A stretch of 64,000 nucleotides of DNA, taken from contig JAACWB010000004.1 in NCBI GenBank assembly GCA_009992215.1, forward strand, positions 8,006 through 72,005. The letters are read 5' to 3'. The first letter of the stretch is position 1. Each line of letters starts with the position of its first letter. Origin of the DNA: an archaeon. GTDB lineage: Archaea > Nanobdellota > Nanobdellia > Pacearchaeales > GW2011-AR1. The translations under genes were made by a program, and so were the position numbers. Positions 37,877-48,150 of this stretch are shown in pieces. The notes under the pieces were generated by a model, which worked only from the letters and a program-made list of their open reading frames with translations, had not been told where the DNA came from and did no database searches.

Positions 37877-39739
37877 ATGGCAGGTGATTATACTTTTGGT
37901 GGTGGATACAAAATCAATGATATTTATCAACCGCTTGCATTTACTCCTGGAAAAGACAGTCCTTACTTGGGTCAATCAAATTTAATTTCTTCTGGACAAA
38001 TGGGTATTACAGTTAATCCAACAGTTGTAAATCAACTTGCAGAATTGAGTAAAGCTTTGAATCAAGGTGTTATTCCAATTGAAGTTGGAACACTTAATCC
38101 GGAACATTTTGAAAACATTCCAAAAGAACATTTTCATGAAATGCGTCGAAAAGCACAACTTGCTGGAGCAAAAGTTTCACTTCATGCACCAGTTCAAGGA
38201 ATTGATCCTGCAGGATTTGGACAAAAAGGTTGGGATGCAGATCAACAAAAATTAGTTGAAAATCAACTAAAAGATGTTGTTGAGAAAGCAGGTTATATTG
38301 ACCCCAAAAACAATATGCCCGTTACGATTCACGGTTCAAATTATCATGGTTCTACTTGGAAGTTTAAAATAGATGAAGAAACAGGAAAAAGAAAAAAAGA
38401 TTATGATACTTTAATTGCCGTTGATAAAGAGACTGGTGAAGCAAGACCTGTCAGAGAATCAAGACAATTTTCTCCAGAATTTAATGAAAAGGGAGAAGTT
38501 ATAGAAGATGTCTCTTCTCCAGAAAAAATGCTTAAGGCAGCAAATGCTACTCAATGGAGGAAAGAAGTTGATCAAGTAATTTATCAAAATAAATCTGCAG
38601 ATAAAATTTTAGCAAATGTTCATCCTCAATTAACACATTATTTACAAGCTGTTAAAAGAGACCCGGACCAAATTAATTATTTGGAACCAGAGCACCAAAA
38701 AGCTGTAATGGATTTGCAAGTAGCTGAGGCTTATTTACAAGATGCTAGTTTAGGTGTTAATAGTTTATTTGACAAGGCTTATAGACATGCAAATGATGAA
38801 AATAAGAAAAAACTTGAAGACGCAATAAAAAGATTTCAAAAAAATCAAATGCTTGGTTATACAGAAGAGAAATTAAGATCTTTACCTGAACATGAACAGA
38901 TGGATGCTATTACAAAAATTAATAGTCTAAATACACAATCAAGAGCCATTCAACTTTTTGCTGAAGATATTAGAAAAGCAAATCCAAATATGCTTGTACC
39001 AGTAGAAGAATTTGCAACAAAAAAAGCTGCTGAAACTTTTGCAAATGTCGCACTTCATTCTTACGATAAATACAAGGAAGGTGCACCAGTAATTTCAATT
39101 GAAAATTTGGATCAGGGAAGATTTGGATTTAGTCAAGGGGAAGATTTGAAAAAATTGGTTATTGCATCAAGAGAAGAATTTGAAAAGAAAGCAGTTGAGC
39201 AGGGAAAAATGTCAAAAGCAAAAGCAAAAGAGATGGCAGAAAAATTAATTGGTGTTACTTTTGATGTTGGTCACTTGAATATTTCAAAGAAATTTGGTTA
39301 CACTGATGAAGATTTAGTTAAGGAAGCTGAAAAAGTAAAAGAATATGTTAAACACGTTCACCTAACTGATAATTTTGGTTATGCGGATGTTCACTTACCA
39401 ATTGGTATGGGAAATGTTCCTGTTAAAGAATTATTAGAAGCTTTGGGGGACGAAGGTAAAAGGGCTAGAAAAATTAATGAAGTTGGAGGTTGGATTAATG
39501 CTTTTGGAACAATGCCATACGCACAACTTTTAGAAGCTGCCGGTTCTCCAATTTATTCATCAGGTGAAGGTACAACATGGGCTGGAGCCGCGGGATTTCA
39601 ACAAAGTTATTTAGAAGGTTATGGTCAAATGCTTCCAAGTACACACTATGAAATGTTTGGAGCTGGTTTTTCTAGTTTACCAAAAGAACTTGGTGGACAA
39701 AGAGGACAATCAGGTGGAAGAATGGGCGGAGGATTTTAA
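37877..39739 (+). CDS. Xylose-isomerase/AP-endonuclease-2-like TIM-barrel protein with a large insertion
   Basis: SLHAP, TIHG, SIEN, TFDVGH, HVHLTDN and DVHLPIG.G. Confidence 0.75.
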   Translation: MAGDYTFGGGYKINDIYQPLAFTPGKDSPYLGQSNLISSGQMGITVNPTVVNQLAELSKALNQGVIPIEVGTLNPEHFENIPKEHFHEMRRKAQLAGAKVSLHAPVQGIDPAGFGQKGWDADQQKLVENQLKDVVEKAGYIDPKNNMPVTIHGSNYHGSTWKFKIDEETGKRKKDYDTLIAVDKETGEARPVRESRQFSPEFNEKGEVIEDVSSPEKMLKAANATQWRKEVDQVIYQNKSADKILANVHPQLTHYLQAVKRDPDQINYLEPEHQKAVMDLQVAEAYLQDASLGVNSLFDKAYRHANDENKKKLEDAIKRFQKNQMLGYTEEKLRSLPEHEQMDAITKINSLNTQSRAIQLFAEDIRKANPNMLVPVEEFATKKAAETFANVALHSYDKYKEGAPVISIENLDQGRFGFSQGEDLKKLVIASREEFEKKAVEQGKMSKAKAKEMAEKLIGVTFDVGHLNISKKFGYTDEDLVKEAEKVKEYVKHVHLTDNFGYADVHLPIGMGNVPVKELLEALGDEGKRARKINEVGGWINAFGTMPYAQLLEAAGSPIYSSGEGTTWAGAAGFQQSYLEGYGQMLPSTHYEMFGAGFSSLPKELGGQRGQSGGRMGGGF

Positions 39740-39783
39740 ACAACTTTTAAAAAGTTAAAATATTTAATATTAAAGAGGTGAAA

Positions 39784-40656
39784 ATGGTAGAAAAAATAAA
39801 AAAGAAAACTAGTTCTAAAAAATCTAAACATAAATTAGATAAAAAAGAAGAAAAGAAAAAAGAAATTAAGACATTAAAATTAATGACTGATCATGAAATC
39901 ACTGTTGATTTTGCTGCAAAGGTGTACAAACTTTTTGATAAAATAATAAAATCTGTAATTCTTTTTGGTTCGGTTGAGAAAAAAACAATTTCACACAATT
40001 CAGATATTGATATTATTGTTTTAATTGATGATGTTGCGATTAATTGGGATTTAGAACTTACTGCTTGGTACCGTGAAGAACTTGAAAAATTAATGAAAGC
40101 TAATCCTTATCGAGGAAATTTGCATATTAATACAGTTAAGTTGAGTACTTGGTGGGAAGGTTTACTTAGGGGAGACCCTGTTGTGTTGAATGCGATTAGA
40201 CATGGAGAAGTTATTCTTGATCATGCTGGATTTGTTGAACCGTTAAAATTTTTGATGGCACAGGGAAAAATTAAAGGAACTCCTGAAGCAATTTATCAAT
40301 GTTTACAGAGAGCACCAAGCCATATTGCAAGAAGTAAAGCTGCAGAATTGACTGCAATTGATGGACTTTATTGGTCAATGGTTGATTCAGCACATGGAGC
40401 ATTAATTGCTGCTGGATATTTTCCGCCTTCTCCAGAACACGTTATGATTGATTTGAAAGAAGCCTTTGTTGACAGGGGACTCTTAAAGATGAAATATGTT
40501 TTATGGTATAAAGATATTTTTGAATTACATAAGCAAATTGATCACAGAGAAATATATGATTTGAAAGGAATAGAAATTGACATGTGGCAAAAAAGAGCTG
40601 AAGAATTTTTAGAAGTTATGGTTGCTCTTGTTAAAAAAATTGTTGAGAAACAATAA
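39784..40656 (+). CDS. Nucleotidyltransferase (MNT-like) fused to a HEPN-like helical domain
   Basis: LFGS...SDIDIIVLIDD; C-terminal helical bundle. Confidence 0.75.
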   Translation: MVEKIKKKTSSKKSKHKLDKKEEKKKEIKTLKLMTDHEITVDFAAKVYKLFDKIIKSVILFGSVEKKTISHNSDIDIIVLIDDVAINWDLELTAWYREELEKLMKANPYRGNLHINTVKLSTWWEGLLRGDPVVLNAIRHGEVILDHAGFVEPLKFLMAQGKIKGTPEAIYQCLQRAPSHIARSKAAELTAIDGLYWSMVDSAHGALIAAGYFPPSPEHVMIDLKEAFVDRGLLKMKYVLWYKDIFELHKQIDHREIYDLKGIEIDMWQKRAEEFLEVMVALVKKIVEKQ

Positions 40657-40956
40657 TTAACAAAAAGGATTAATTTTTTCGGGAACTACTAAATTGTAAA
40701 AATGTTTTGCTTCTTTGTAAAAAATATGTTCTCTATCAATTAATTCTTCTTTTATTGGAAAAATTGGAGAGGTTGAATCTGAAATATTATATGTTTCAAT
40801 ATTAAATGCGTCTCTATATTTTACAATAATTTTTGCTGTACTTCCTTCTGGAGGAAGCATAAAACCATCTTTGTCATTAATTTTTACCTTTCCAAAAGCC
40901 CATTTATCACTTAGGGAAACTAATTTTTTTAAATCACTCTCTTTTTTGATTATCAT
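40657..40956 (-). CDS. Hypothetical protein
   Basis: 99-aa ORF. Confidence 0.55.
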   Translation of the reverse strand: MIIKKESDLKKLVSLSDKWAFGKVKINDKDGFMLPPEGSTAKIIVKYRDAFNIETYNISDSTSPIFPIKEELIDREHIFYKEAKHFYNLVVPEKINPFC

Positions 40957-40957
40957 T

Positions 40958-41587
40958 TTATTGTTTTTTGTTTTCTTCTTCTAACTTTTTTAAATCAGTT
41001 TTAAGAATATTCTCAAGTGTGTCTTTTCTAAATGCAGAATTTTGCATTAATGAATTTGCAATTCCTGTTTGTTGAACATTAAGTAAATAATTTTCTACTA
41101 AGTCTCCATAAAGATTAGCATTTTTTTTGCTGAATTCTGCAAGAGTTAATTCTCTATCTTCTTTAGAAATGTTATTTTCGTGTATATCTTTAATTCCCAT
41201 AAGAGCTGTTAAATCTGTAACTTTAATTCCATTAACTGCAGCTTCGTATTGTTTTTGAATATTTTTTAGATATGCTTTTGGAGAAAACATTTGTGATTCA
41301 TAGATATCTTGTCCTTTTTCAAATTTATTTGCAGCATTTTGTCCAATCATCTGACCTAAAATTTTACCAGTATATGAATCTATATTCTGTAAAGATTTAA
41401 GATAATTAGTTTGAGTTGCTTCTTTTATTGAATTTCCATATTCTCTTTCATTAGTTCCAATTGCAGCAATATAAGAATCATTTACAGATTGACTTGTCAA
41501 GAATCCAAGATTTAATTGTCTTGTAGTTTCTTTTCTTTTTGCTTCAATTTCTTCAGGAGTTTTTTCATTTGCTTTTTCTTCTGTCAT
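40958..41587 (-). CDS. Hypothetical protein
   Basis: 209-aa ORF with an upstream TATA box. Confidence 0.7.
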   Translation of the reverse strand: MTEEKANEKTPEEIEAKRKETTRQLNLGFLTSQSVNDSYIAAIGTNEREYGNSIKEATQTNYLKSLQNIDSYTGKILGQMIGQNAANKFEKGQDIYESQMFSPKAYLKNIQKQYEAAVNGIKVTDLTALMGIKDIHENNISKEDRELTLAEFSKKNANLYGDLVENYLLNVQQTGIANSLMQNSAFRKDTLENILKTDLKKLEEENKKQ

Positions 41588-41700
41588 AGATAAGATAAAA
41601 ATTTAAACTATATAAATGTTTTGTTTTGTTATTCCTACATAATGGTGACATTAATATTTTGCATAGAAAAAAATATTTGAATTATTTTAAAAAAATAAAA

Positions 41701-42255
41701 TTATTTAAGAGGTTTCTCTTCTAATTTTGAGTAATCAATTCTAATTTTACAAGGTAATTTTGCCTTTATTTGTTTTAGAACATTTCTTGTGAATTGTACT
41801 GATTTTTCGTTTGGAAGAGCAAGAACAAAAATCTTTGACTCTGGTTTTAAGATTGCTGCTTTACCAGTAGACTTACCAAATGATAATTGCATACCTGTTT
41901 GCATACGGTCAGCACCTGCACCAGTAAGCATTTTGTTTTCTCTTTGAATGTGGTGTGGAAATGGAACTACCTTAAACATGTATTGTCCATTAAATTGTTT
42001 GTCAACTTTTTTATTGATATATTGACGGCAAGCTTCAAAAGCATTGTGTCTAATTTGAACATCTTCAAGAGAAACAACTGTTAAAATGTGAGGTAATTTT
42101 CCTTGATTATATTGAGAAATTTTTCCCATTTCAAATTTTACAATTTTTTGAGGAGGAACTACTTTTACAAAAGATTTTTGTCTTCTTTTAGAAACTCTTG
42201 TATTAGGAGTTACTGATCTTTTTGAATATGCGTTTGCTTTTCTAAGTGATGCCAT
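41701..42255 (-). CDS. rpl10e: 50S ribosomal protein L10e (uL16)
   Basis: QIRHNAFEACR and PHHIQRENKMLTGAGADR. Confidence 0.95.
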   Translation of the reverse strand: MASLRKANAYSKRSVTPNTRVSKRRQKSFVKVVPPQKIVKFEMGKISQYNQGKLPHILTVVSLEDVQIRHNAFEACRQYINKKVDKQFNGQYMFKVVPFPHHIQRENKMLTGAGADRMQTGMQLSFGKSTGKAAILKPESKIFVLALPNEKSVQFTRNVLKQIKAKLPCKIRIDYSKLEEKPLK

Positions 42256-42256
42256 T

Positions 42257-42517
42257 TTATTTTATGTCAACATTTGTTGTTACAGCTTGTCCGGGCAACC
42301 CTTTTTCAAAAATAGCTCGAATTACACCTTTGTTTCCATGTGCTGCAGCAACTTTTCCTTTAATTATTTTGCCTGCTGGAGATTTCCATTCTACAGATTT
42401 TCCAACTAATTTAGAAGCGTCTTCTTTAGTCATTACACCATCGACTTCAATTAACATATGTTTCTCTGTTACAGTATGTCTTCCTCTTCTAAATTGTACG
42501 ACTTTTCCAGTTACCAT
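42257..42517 (-). CDS. rpl35ae: 50S ribosomal protein L35Ae (eL33)
   Basis: FRRGRH and GKV...HGNKGVIRA.F..GLPGQA. Confidence 0.93.
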   Translation of the reverse strand: MVTGKVVQFRRGRHTVTEKHMLIEVDGVMTKEDASKLVGKSVEWKSPAGKIIKGKVAAAHGNKGVIRAIFEKGLPGQAVTTNVDIK

Positions 42518-42569
42518 ATGAGTTTACAATAAAATTAGTTTATAAATATTGCGATAAGAATTACAGAAA

Positions 42570-42905
42570 TTATTTCTTAATTCTACCAAAAGTATTAATT
42601 TTGATTTTACGTGTATGTTTGTATTCATTACCTTGGGGAGATATTCCTTTTTCTTGATATTGTAAATGCCAATCGCAAGGAATTACATTATATTTTCCAG
42701 TAACTTTAATTTTCATTTCGTTAACATCCATATAAGGCGTTAATTCTAGATTCTCAAAACTTTTGTGATAATCATTATCCTTCCAATTAGTTAATTTTAA
42801 TTTGTCTAAATCAATTCCTAATGAATCAAAAATTTTCTTTCCTTCTTCAAACGGAATAATTTCATCTTGTTTAAACAAACTATCTATAGCTTTTTTAATT
42901 GTCAT
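42570..42905 (-). CDS. Hypothetical protein
   Basis: 111-aa ORF. Confidence 0.55.
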   Translation of the reverse strand: MTIKKAIDSLFKQDEIIPFEEGKKIFDSLGIDLDKLKLTNWKDNDYHKSFENLELTPYMDVNEMKIKVTGKYNVIPCDWHLQYQEKGISPQGNEYKHTRKIKINTFGRIKK

Positions 42906-42946
42906 GAAAGTGTAACCACTAAAGAGTTTATAAATTTTTTCCCATA

Positions 42947-44062
42947 TTAATTTTTCTCTAAAACATAAATCATTCGACCAACGACTTGATTTTCTCTAAA
43001 TTCTGGTAAGCTTTCTCTTACTTCATGATACCCAGTTCTTTCACAAATATTTTCAATATTACAAGATAAACGTTTTTTTCCTATTCGAATATACGGGGAA
43101 GTAAAAACGATTCTACCTTCAACCATCTTTTTTACATTATTTATTACTTGAACAATTAGTTTTTCAAAATCTTTTAATGTGTTTTCAGCCATTCCTTTTG
43201 TTGGAATTTTTTTTAAAATATTTCCTAAATCTGGTTCAGTTGCAACAGCAGTTACAGGAGAAATACTAACTTTTGTTGAATCAAAATGAATTAATTCATA
43301 ACTTTCAGGAGAGAATCCAAACCATTCTAAATTTTTTTGTGCACCTTTTATTGCATCGCCATCATTGTCAACTCCTAATGCAGTCATGTTTTGTAAGAGT
43401 GCTTCTTGCATAATTCCTCCAACTCCACAGAATGGATCAAGTAATTTATCTCCAGTTTTTAATTTTGCCAAATTAATTAAAATTTTTGCTAAACGAGGAG
43501 AAATTGCCAAAGATTCACGTCTCACAGGTTTATTCATGTCTCTATTTTCAATTGATTCATAATCACATTTTTCTGTTATCTTTCCAAAATATTCAATTCC
43601 TTCTTCTTGAAAAATAAAATATTCTTCTTCTATTAATTTTGAAGATGGCTTTTCGTCTTTTTCTCCTTCTTGATTTTTTATTTTTCCTGTTAAGCCTTTG
43701 AAAGTCGCTTTTAATTTTTCTTCTTTGAATCTTTGTTTTAGATATTCTTTTGTTAATTCTCCAATTTCAGAAAAATCCCACAATGTATAAGTTAATTTAT
43801 TATTTTCTCCAAGATAAATCATTATTTTATCTAATTTTTCAAAAATTAATTTTTCAGTTCCAGAAGTTAAAATCTCTCCAATTGAAATTGTTCCGCCTAA
43901 ATAAGTGATTGTGTTTTCTAAAAGAGGGTTTTCTACTTCTACGAGTAAACCATTGTTTACCTGTGTTAATTTTTTTATAGGATTTTCAATCTTGTCTAAA
44001 TATTCTTCAATTTCTGCAATTGATAGTTCGTGATTTCTTCCTAAAATAAATAAGTACTTCAT
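42947..44062 (-). CDS. Trm11/TrmG10-like RNA methyltransferase
   Basis: AISPRLAKILINL, LLDPFCGVGG and TEPDLG. Confidence 0.75.
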   Translation of the reverse strand: MKYLFILGRNHELSIAEIEEYLDKIENPIKKLTQVNNGLLVEVENPLLENTITYLGGTISIGEILTSGTEKLIFEKLDKIMIYLGENNKLTYTLWDFSEIGELTKEYLKQRFKEEKLKATFKGLTGKIKNQEGEKDEKPSSKLIEEEYFIFQEEGIEYFGKITEKCDYESIENRDMNKPVRRESLAISPRLAKILINLAKLKTGDKLLDPFCGVGGIMQEALLQNMTALGVDNDGDAIKGAQKNLEWFGFSPESYELIHFDSTKVSISPVTAVATEPDLGNILKKIPTKGMAENTLKDFEKLIVQVINNVKKMVEGRIVFTSPYIRIGKKRLSCNIENICERTGYHEVRESLPEFRENQVVGRMIYVLEKN

Positions 44063-44089
44063 AAAAGAAAAAGTTTATTTCCCTTTTTA

Positions 44090-44440
44090 TTACTTGTTAT
44101 CGATAACTTTTAATCCAGATTCCCTAAATGCTTTTCCAACTCCTGCTGGTCCTAAGTTTATTCCACCATAAATTCTTGCGACAATTAATATATGTGAATT
44201 CAAATTTTTATTTTTTAAAATTTCAAGAAGAATTCTACCAGGATTTCCTACTTCTCCATCATTTTTGAAAGATTCTTCTTTTTCAAAGAAAACCCCATAA
44301 CAAACATGACAGGCTTTTTTATTTTCTGACTTTACAAATTCAATAATTTCTTTTAATTCTTCCAAAGAATTTAATTTGAATAAATAACTAATGAATTTTG
44401 ATTTTTGAGTGGTTGTTTTTGTAGTATTAATTAAATTCAT
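44090..44440 (-). CDS. YigZ/IMPACT-family protein (N-terminal domain)
   Basis: KSKF, KKACHVCYG, NDGE and VARIYGGINLG.AG. Confidence 0.85.
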   Translation of the reverse strand: MNLINTTKTTTQKSKFISYLFKLNSLEELKEIIEFVKSENKKACHVCYGVFFEKEESFKNDGEVGNPGRILLEILKNKNLNSHILIVARIYGGINLGPAGVGKAFRESGLKVIDNK

Positions 44441-44473
44441 AAAATATTAAAAGAAAGTTTACTTTAAAATTTT

Positions 44474-44701
44474 ATGAATAATAAATATATTGATCTTATT
44501 TACAGAGGAATTCAAAGCTTTGAAAAAGGATTTAATTCACTTTCTTATTTATTTTTTCCAGAACAAAATTATAAAAAAATAGAATTTGAGAGTATTGAAG
44601 AAGGATTCCAGAAAGATAAAGAGGATTTAGCTTCGGATTGGAAAGCAGTGTTAGGTGATTTCTCAAAAATTGAAAAAAATAATTTAGAAAATAAAGTATA
44701 A
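44474..44701 (+). CDS. Hypothetical protein
   Basis: 75-aa ORF containing D...L..DW..V..D. Confidence 0.55.
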   Translation: MNNKYIDLIYRGIQSFEKGFNSLSYLFFPEQNYKKIEFESIEEGFQKDKEDLASDWKAVLGDFSKIEKNNLENKV

Positions 44702-44731
44702 TTTTAAAAATAAAAAAGAATTAATAATAAA

Positions 44732-45199
44732 ATGAAAAAGAAGAAAAGTTTCAAAGATATCTGGGAAGTGATTGAGTTTCCGTTAATTTTCCTTTTGATT
44801 TGGGCACTTCTTAACATGGTTCTTGATTTACAAAATTTAATGGGCAAAGTTTTTTACATGATTATTAGTTGGGCTATTACTATTCTTGTTTTTGGATATG
44901 TTGGTTATCAAGTTGTAAAAAATAAGGAAGATGAAAAAGCTTCGGCAAAACATGGAGCTTATTTGGGAGCTTTTTATGGAATAATTTCTGCAATTATTGG
45001 AATAATTTCATTTTATGTTTTTCCAGAAAAAATAGAAGAAGCTATTAGACTTGCAGCAGAACAAGGAGTTGACCCAAATGTTGTTAGGACGTTTGCAAAG
45101 GTTGGAGTTTATGCAAGTTTGGTTTTTTCACCATTATTCACTGCAGCAATTGGTGCTTTGATTTCTTGGATTAGTGGTTTAATTTTTAAGAAGAAATAA
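44732..45199 (+). CDS. Four-TM membrane protein
   Basis: Hydrophobic helices. Confidence 0.7.
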   Translation: MKKKKSFKDIWEVIEFPLIFLLIWALLNMVLDLQNLMGKVFYMIISWAITILVFGYVGYQVVKNKEDEKASAKHGAYLGAFYGIISAIIGIISFYVFPEKIEEAIRLAAEQGVDPNVVRTFAKVGVYASLVFSPLFTAAIGALISWISGLIFKKK

Positions 45200-45244
45200 A
45201 TTTACTACAAAAATTTTTAAATAGTTTACTTGTTTAGTAAACCA

Positions 45245-45544
45245 ATGAAAGAGGAAATCACAAGATTTTTTATGGGATTTTATCACGCACTTAATGCAAA
45301 TACTCGTCTAAATCAATTAAATGTGGAAGAACTTAATTCGTATTCTGTTTACTTGACAAAAAAACGAGAAGGGAACGAAGTTCCATTTGGTAAACCTAAA
45401 AAAACAATTGAATCACATTTTGAAAAAATGGGAGAAGAGTATCTAAATGGATTTTTATTTAGTTGTGGAAATGTTGACAAACTAATTCATAAAAATGCGT
45501 ATGATGTTGCCATTAAATTAAAAGAAAAATATTCAAAAAAATAA
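45245..45544 (+). CDS. Hypothetical protein
   Basis: ORF; likely start MKEEI. Confidence 0.55.
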   Translation: MKEEITRFFMGFYHALNANTRLNQLNVEELNSYSVYLTKKREGNEVPFGKPKKTIESHFEKMGEEYLNGFLFSCGNVDKLIHKNAYDVAIKLKEKYSKK

Positions 45545-46033
45545 ATTTAGAGCAATATCTAACCAGATTGTATAATTTTTTGGATTTAATTTAATTTCCT
45601 TCTTTAAAATTTTTGGATTAATCCATTTGTAATCATTTACTTCATTTGGATTTGGATTGATTTTTCCGTCATGAATAGCCTTGAAAACGTGATCAATTTC
45701 ATATTCTGTCAAACCATTTTCAAAATTTATTTTGTAAATAAATTTTCCAATATATTTTAATGGTGCAGAAAAACCCATTTCTTCTGGTAATCTCCTATAA
45801 GCTGCATTAATTGTTTTCTCATTTGGTCTTGGATGAGAACAACAAGTGTTCGCCCAAAGTCCAGGACAATGATATTTTTCAAGTGCTCGTTGCTGAATTA
45901 AAAGTTCTCCTTTGGAATTGAAAACAAAATTTGAAATTGCTCGATGTAAAAGTCCTTTTTTATGAGCGAGGAGTTTTTCTTCTTCTCCAATTTCATTATC
46001 AAATTTATCAACAAGAATTACTTTTTCAATCAT
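45533..46033 (-). CDS. idi: Isopentenyl-diphosphate delta-isomerase, type 1
   Basis: AH..GLLHRA, LLIQQRA..KY..PGLWANTCCSHP and EYEIDH. Confidence 0.93.
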   Translation of the reverse strand: MIEKVILVDKFDNEIGEEEKLLAHKKGLLHRAISNFVFNSKGELLIQQRALEKYHCPGLWANTCCSHPRPNEKTINAAYRRLPEEMGFSAPLKYIGKFIYKINFENGLTEYEIDHVFKAIHDGKINPNPNEVNDYKWINPKILKKEIKLNPKNYTIWLDIALNLFF

Positions 46034-46034
46034 A

Positions 46035-47798
46035 TTACAAAATTATTTCAAAGTCTCCGTATTCTTTTTTCAAAATCTCAAAGATTTTTGATTTTATTTC
46101 GACTGTTTCTTTATCATGTTGTTCTTGAACGGCAGTTTCTAATTCTTCAAGAGTTGAATCTTCAATTTTATTTGTTATTTTCTTTACTTTACCTGCTTCA
46201 AACAAGAAAGTTTTTTCTCCTGCATTCAAAAGCTCAACGACTTTATCTTTGAATTTGATTGCCATTTTTCCTTTGTTTATTGAAACCATGTCTTTCTTTT
46301 GAACAAATTCATTCAAATCCCTCATTAAAATTTCTGCATCTCTTCTTGCTCTATCAATCTTATGCGAATCTGATTTACCTTTCTTGAATTCTTGTCTTGC
46401 ACTAATCAAATCGTTTAAGATTCTTGAATGTTGCTTTGAAAACTTACCTGTTTTGATGTAATCTTTTTCAAAAGAAAGAACTAATTGTTCTTGGGATTTT
46501 TTACCTATAATAATTTTCATTAAATCCATTACATCTTTGTAAATTTGTTCAATTGTTTTTTCTTGGTATTTTTTTTCGATTTCAATTCTTAATTCTTTTA
46601 ATCGTTTCAAATATTCTTCAGTTCCTTTTAGCAACTTGTCAATTTCAGTTCCAGAGATTTCTTTTATTTTTTCATGTTCATAATCTTTCCATGTTTTTAC
46701 AACTTTTTCAAGGAAGTCAACATATTTCTTTTCAATCATTTTTGTTGCGTAAAATTCTTTTTTGAAATCATTAACTAGTTCTTTTGAAGTTGGTGGTGGA
46801 CATCCATTAAGCATAAGAATTGCTTGTGCCGGAGTTGTTACACCCCAAAAAATGTTTGTAAAAATTTCTGTAAGTAGTGTTCTTTTACTTCTTGGAATTA
46901 CTCCGTCTCCCATAGACATAAACATATCAATTGCTTCTGGACTTGGTTTAAGTTTACCCATTCGTAAAAGTGCTTTCCATGGCATGAATGTTCCTCGGTC
47001 GTAAAGTGGAACTCCATCACGAATGAAAGTGAAGATAACTGGATTTGCGTCTTTAACAGAATCCCAAAAATCAGTTAGTAAATAAATTTGTGGCTCAAGT
47101 TTGTTTTCTACACCGGCAATTTGGCTTGCTTCTGCAATGTATTGATAAATTATTCCTCTAAGTCTTTCTAATAATTCACGTCTTGGCATACGTTTTACAT
47201 CAGTATCATTAATAATTATGAAAACATCAACATCACTAGTTTTGATTGCGTCTCCTCGAACTAAACTTCCACCAACTACATAACTCACAACATATTTCTC
47301 AAATTTTTGAATAACTAATGATTTGTGAATTTCAGCAACACGAAGAGCTCCCAAAATTCCTGTGTCGTGTAGTGGGTAAGACATAGCAATTGCACTTGAC
47401 AAATCAAACTTTTGATCCATTGCAATTTCCCAAATTTCAGCAGGCGTCATTATGTGAAGCCAAACTTTTTCATTTGATTTTTGAATTTCTTTAATTAATT
47501 CTTCTTTTATTTTCCCAGTTTCTTTAATTTTTTCATCTGGAATAATGATTGCTAAATGAACAGAATCTTTACTTTCTTCAGGTGCTTCTTCTTCCTCAAT
47601 CCATTTTGGAATTGATTGTGGTGGCAAAATTCCAAGGGACAAAATATATTTGAATTTTTTAATTGCAAAATCCTTAATTTTTTCTATTTCTTTTTTTGTT
47701 TTTTCAAATTTTTTCTTTTCTTCTTCGGGATTTACTGGAGAATTATTTACAGGATTGTATTTTGGGTTCATTGGTCCTGTTGAATTTTGAATATTCAT
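46035..47798 (-). CDS. Multi-domain nucleotidyltransferase (degenerate NT + NT + HEPN-like)
   Basis: GGSLVRG...SDVDVFIIIND; homologous in pattern to 39784-40656. Confidence 0.75.
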   Translation of the reverse strand: MNIQNSTGPMNPKYNPVNNSPVNPEEEKKKFEKTKKEIEKIKDFAIKKFKYILSLGILPPQSIPKWIEEEEAPEESKDSVHLAIIIPDEKIKETGKIKEELIKEIQKSNEKVWLHIMTPAEIWEIAMDQKFDLSSAIAMSYPLHDTGILGALRVAEIHKSLVIQKFEKYVVSYVVGGSLVRGDAIKTSDVDVFIIINDTDVKRMPRRELLERLRGIIYQYIAEASQIAGVENKLEPQIYLLTDFWDSVKDANPVIFTFIRDGVPLYDRGTFMPWKALLRMGKLKPSPEAIDMFMSMGDGVIPRSKRTLLTEIFTNIFWGVTTPAQAILMLNGCPPPTSKELVNDFKKEFYATKMIEKKYVDFLEKVVKTWKDYEHEKIKEISGTEIDKLLKGTEEYLKRLKELRIEIEKKYQEKTIEQIYKDVMDLMKIIIGKKSQEQLVLSFEKDYIKTGKFSKQHSRILNDLISARQEFKKGKSDSHKIDRARRDAEILMRDLNEFVQKKDMVSINKGKMAIKFKDKVVELLNAGEKTFLFEAGKVKKITNKIEDSTLEELETAVQEQHDKETVEIKSKIFEILKKEYGDFEIIL

Positions 47799-47871
47799 AA
47801 TAAATTCTAGCTAAAATTCTTTATAAAAGTTTGGCAATAGAAAATAAGTTTGTTATTTGTAGCATTAAAAG

Positions 47872-48150
47872 AATTGAATGTCAAAGTAATCGCCTGCGCC
47901 AATGGCTTGATTCGATTCAAAAAAGAAATGGTCCCGGACAACTTGCACTCCGTGAAATTTCTAAATTCATTTCATTCATTTATTGAAATTTCAGAAGATG
48001 CTCGGGAATCGAACGATTCCTGCAAAATAAAGAAATGGTCCCGGCAGGACTCTACTCTTACCCCGCCATTCTAGCCTTCGGCATAATTGAATGTCAAAGT
48101 AATCGCCTGCGCCAATGGCTTGATTCGATTCAAAAAAGAAATGGTCCCGG
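47872..48150 (-). repeat. Array of tRNA-Val 3'-end copies with inserts; 66-bp direct repeat at 47872-47937 and 48085-48150
   Basis: AAGAAATGGTCCCGG occurs three times (once as part of the tRNA); conserved hairpin element at 47938-48004. Confidence 0.85.
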
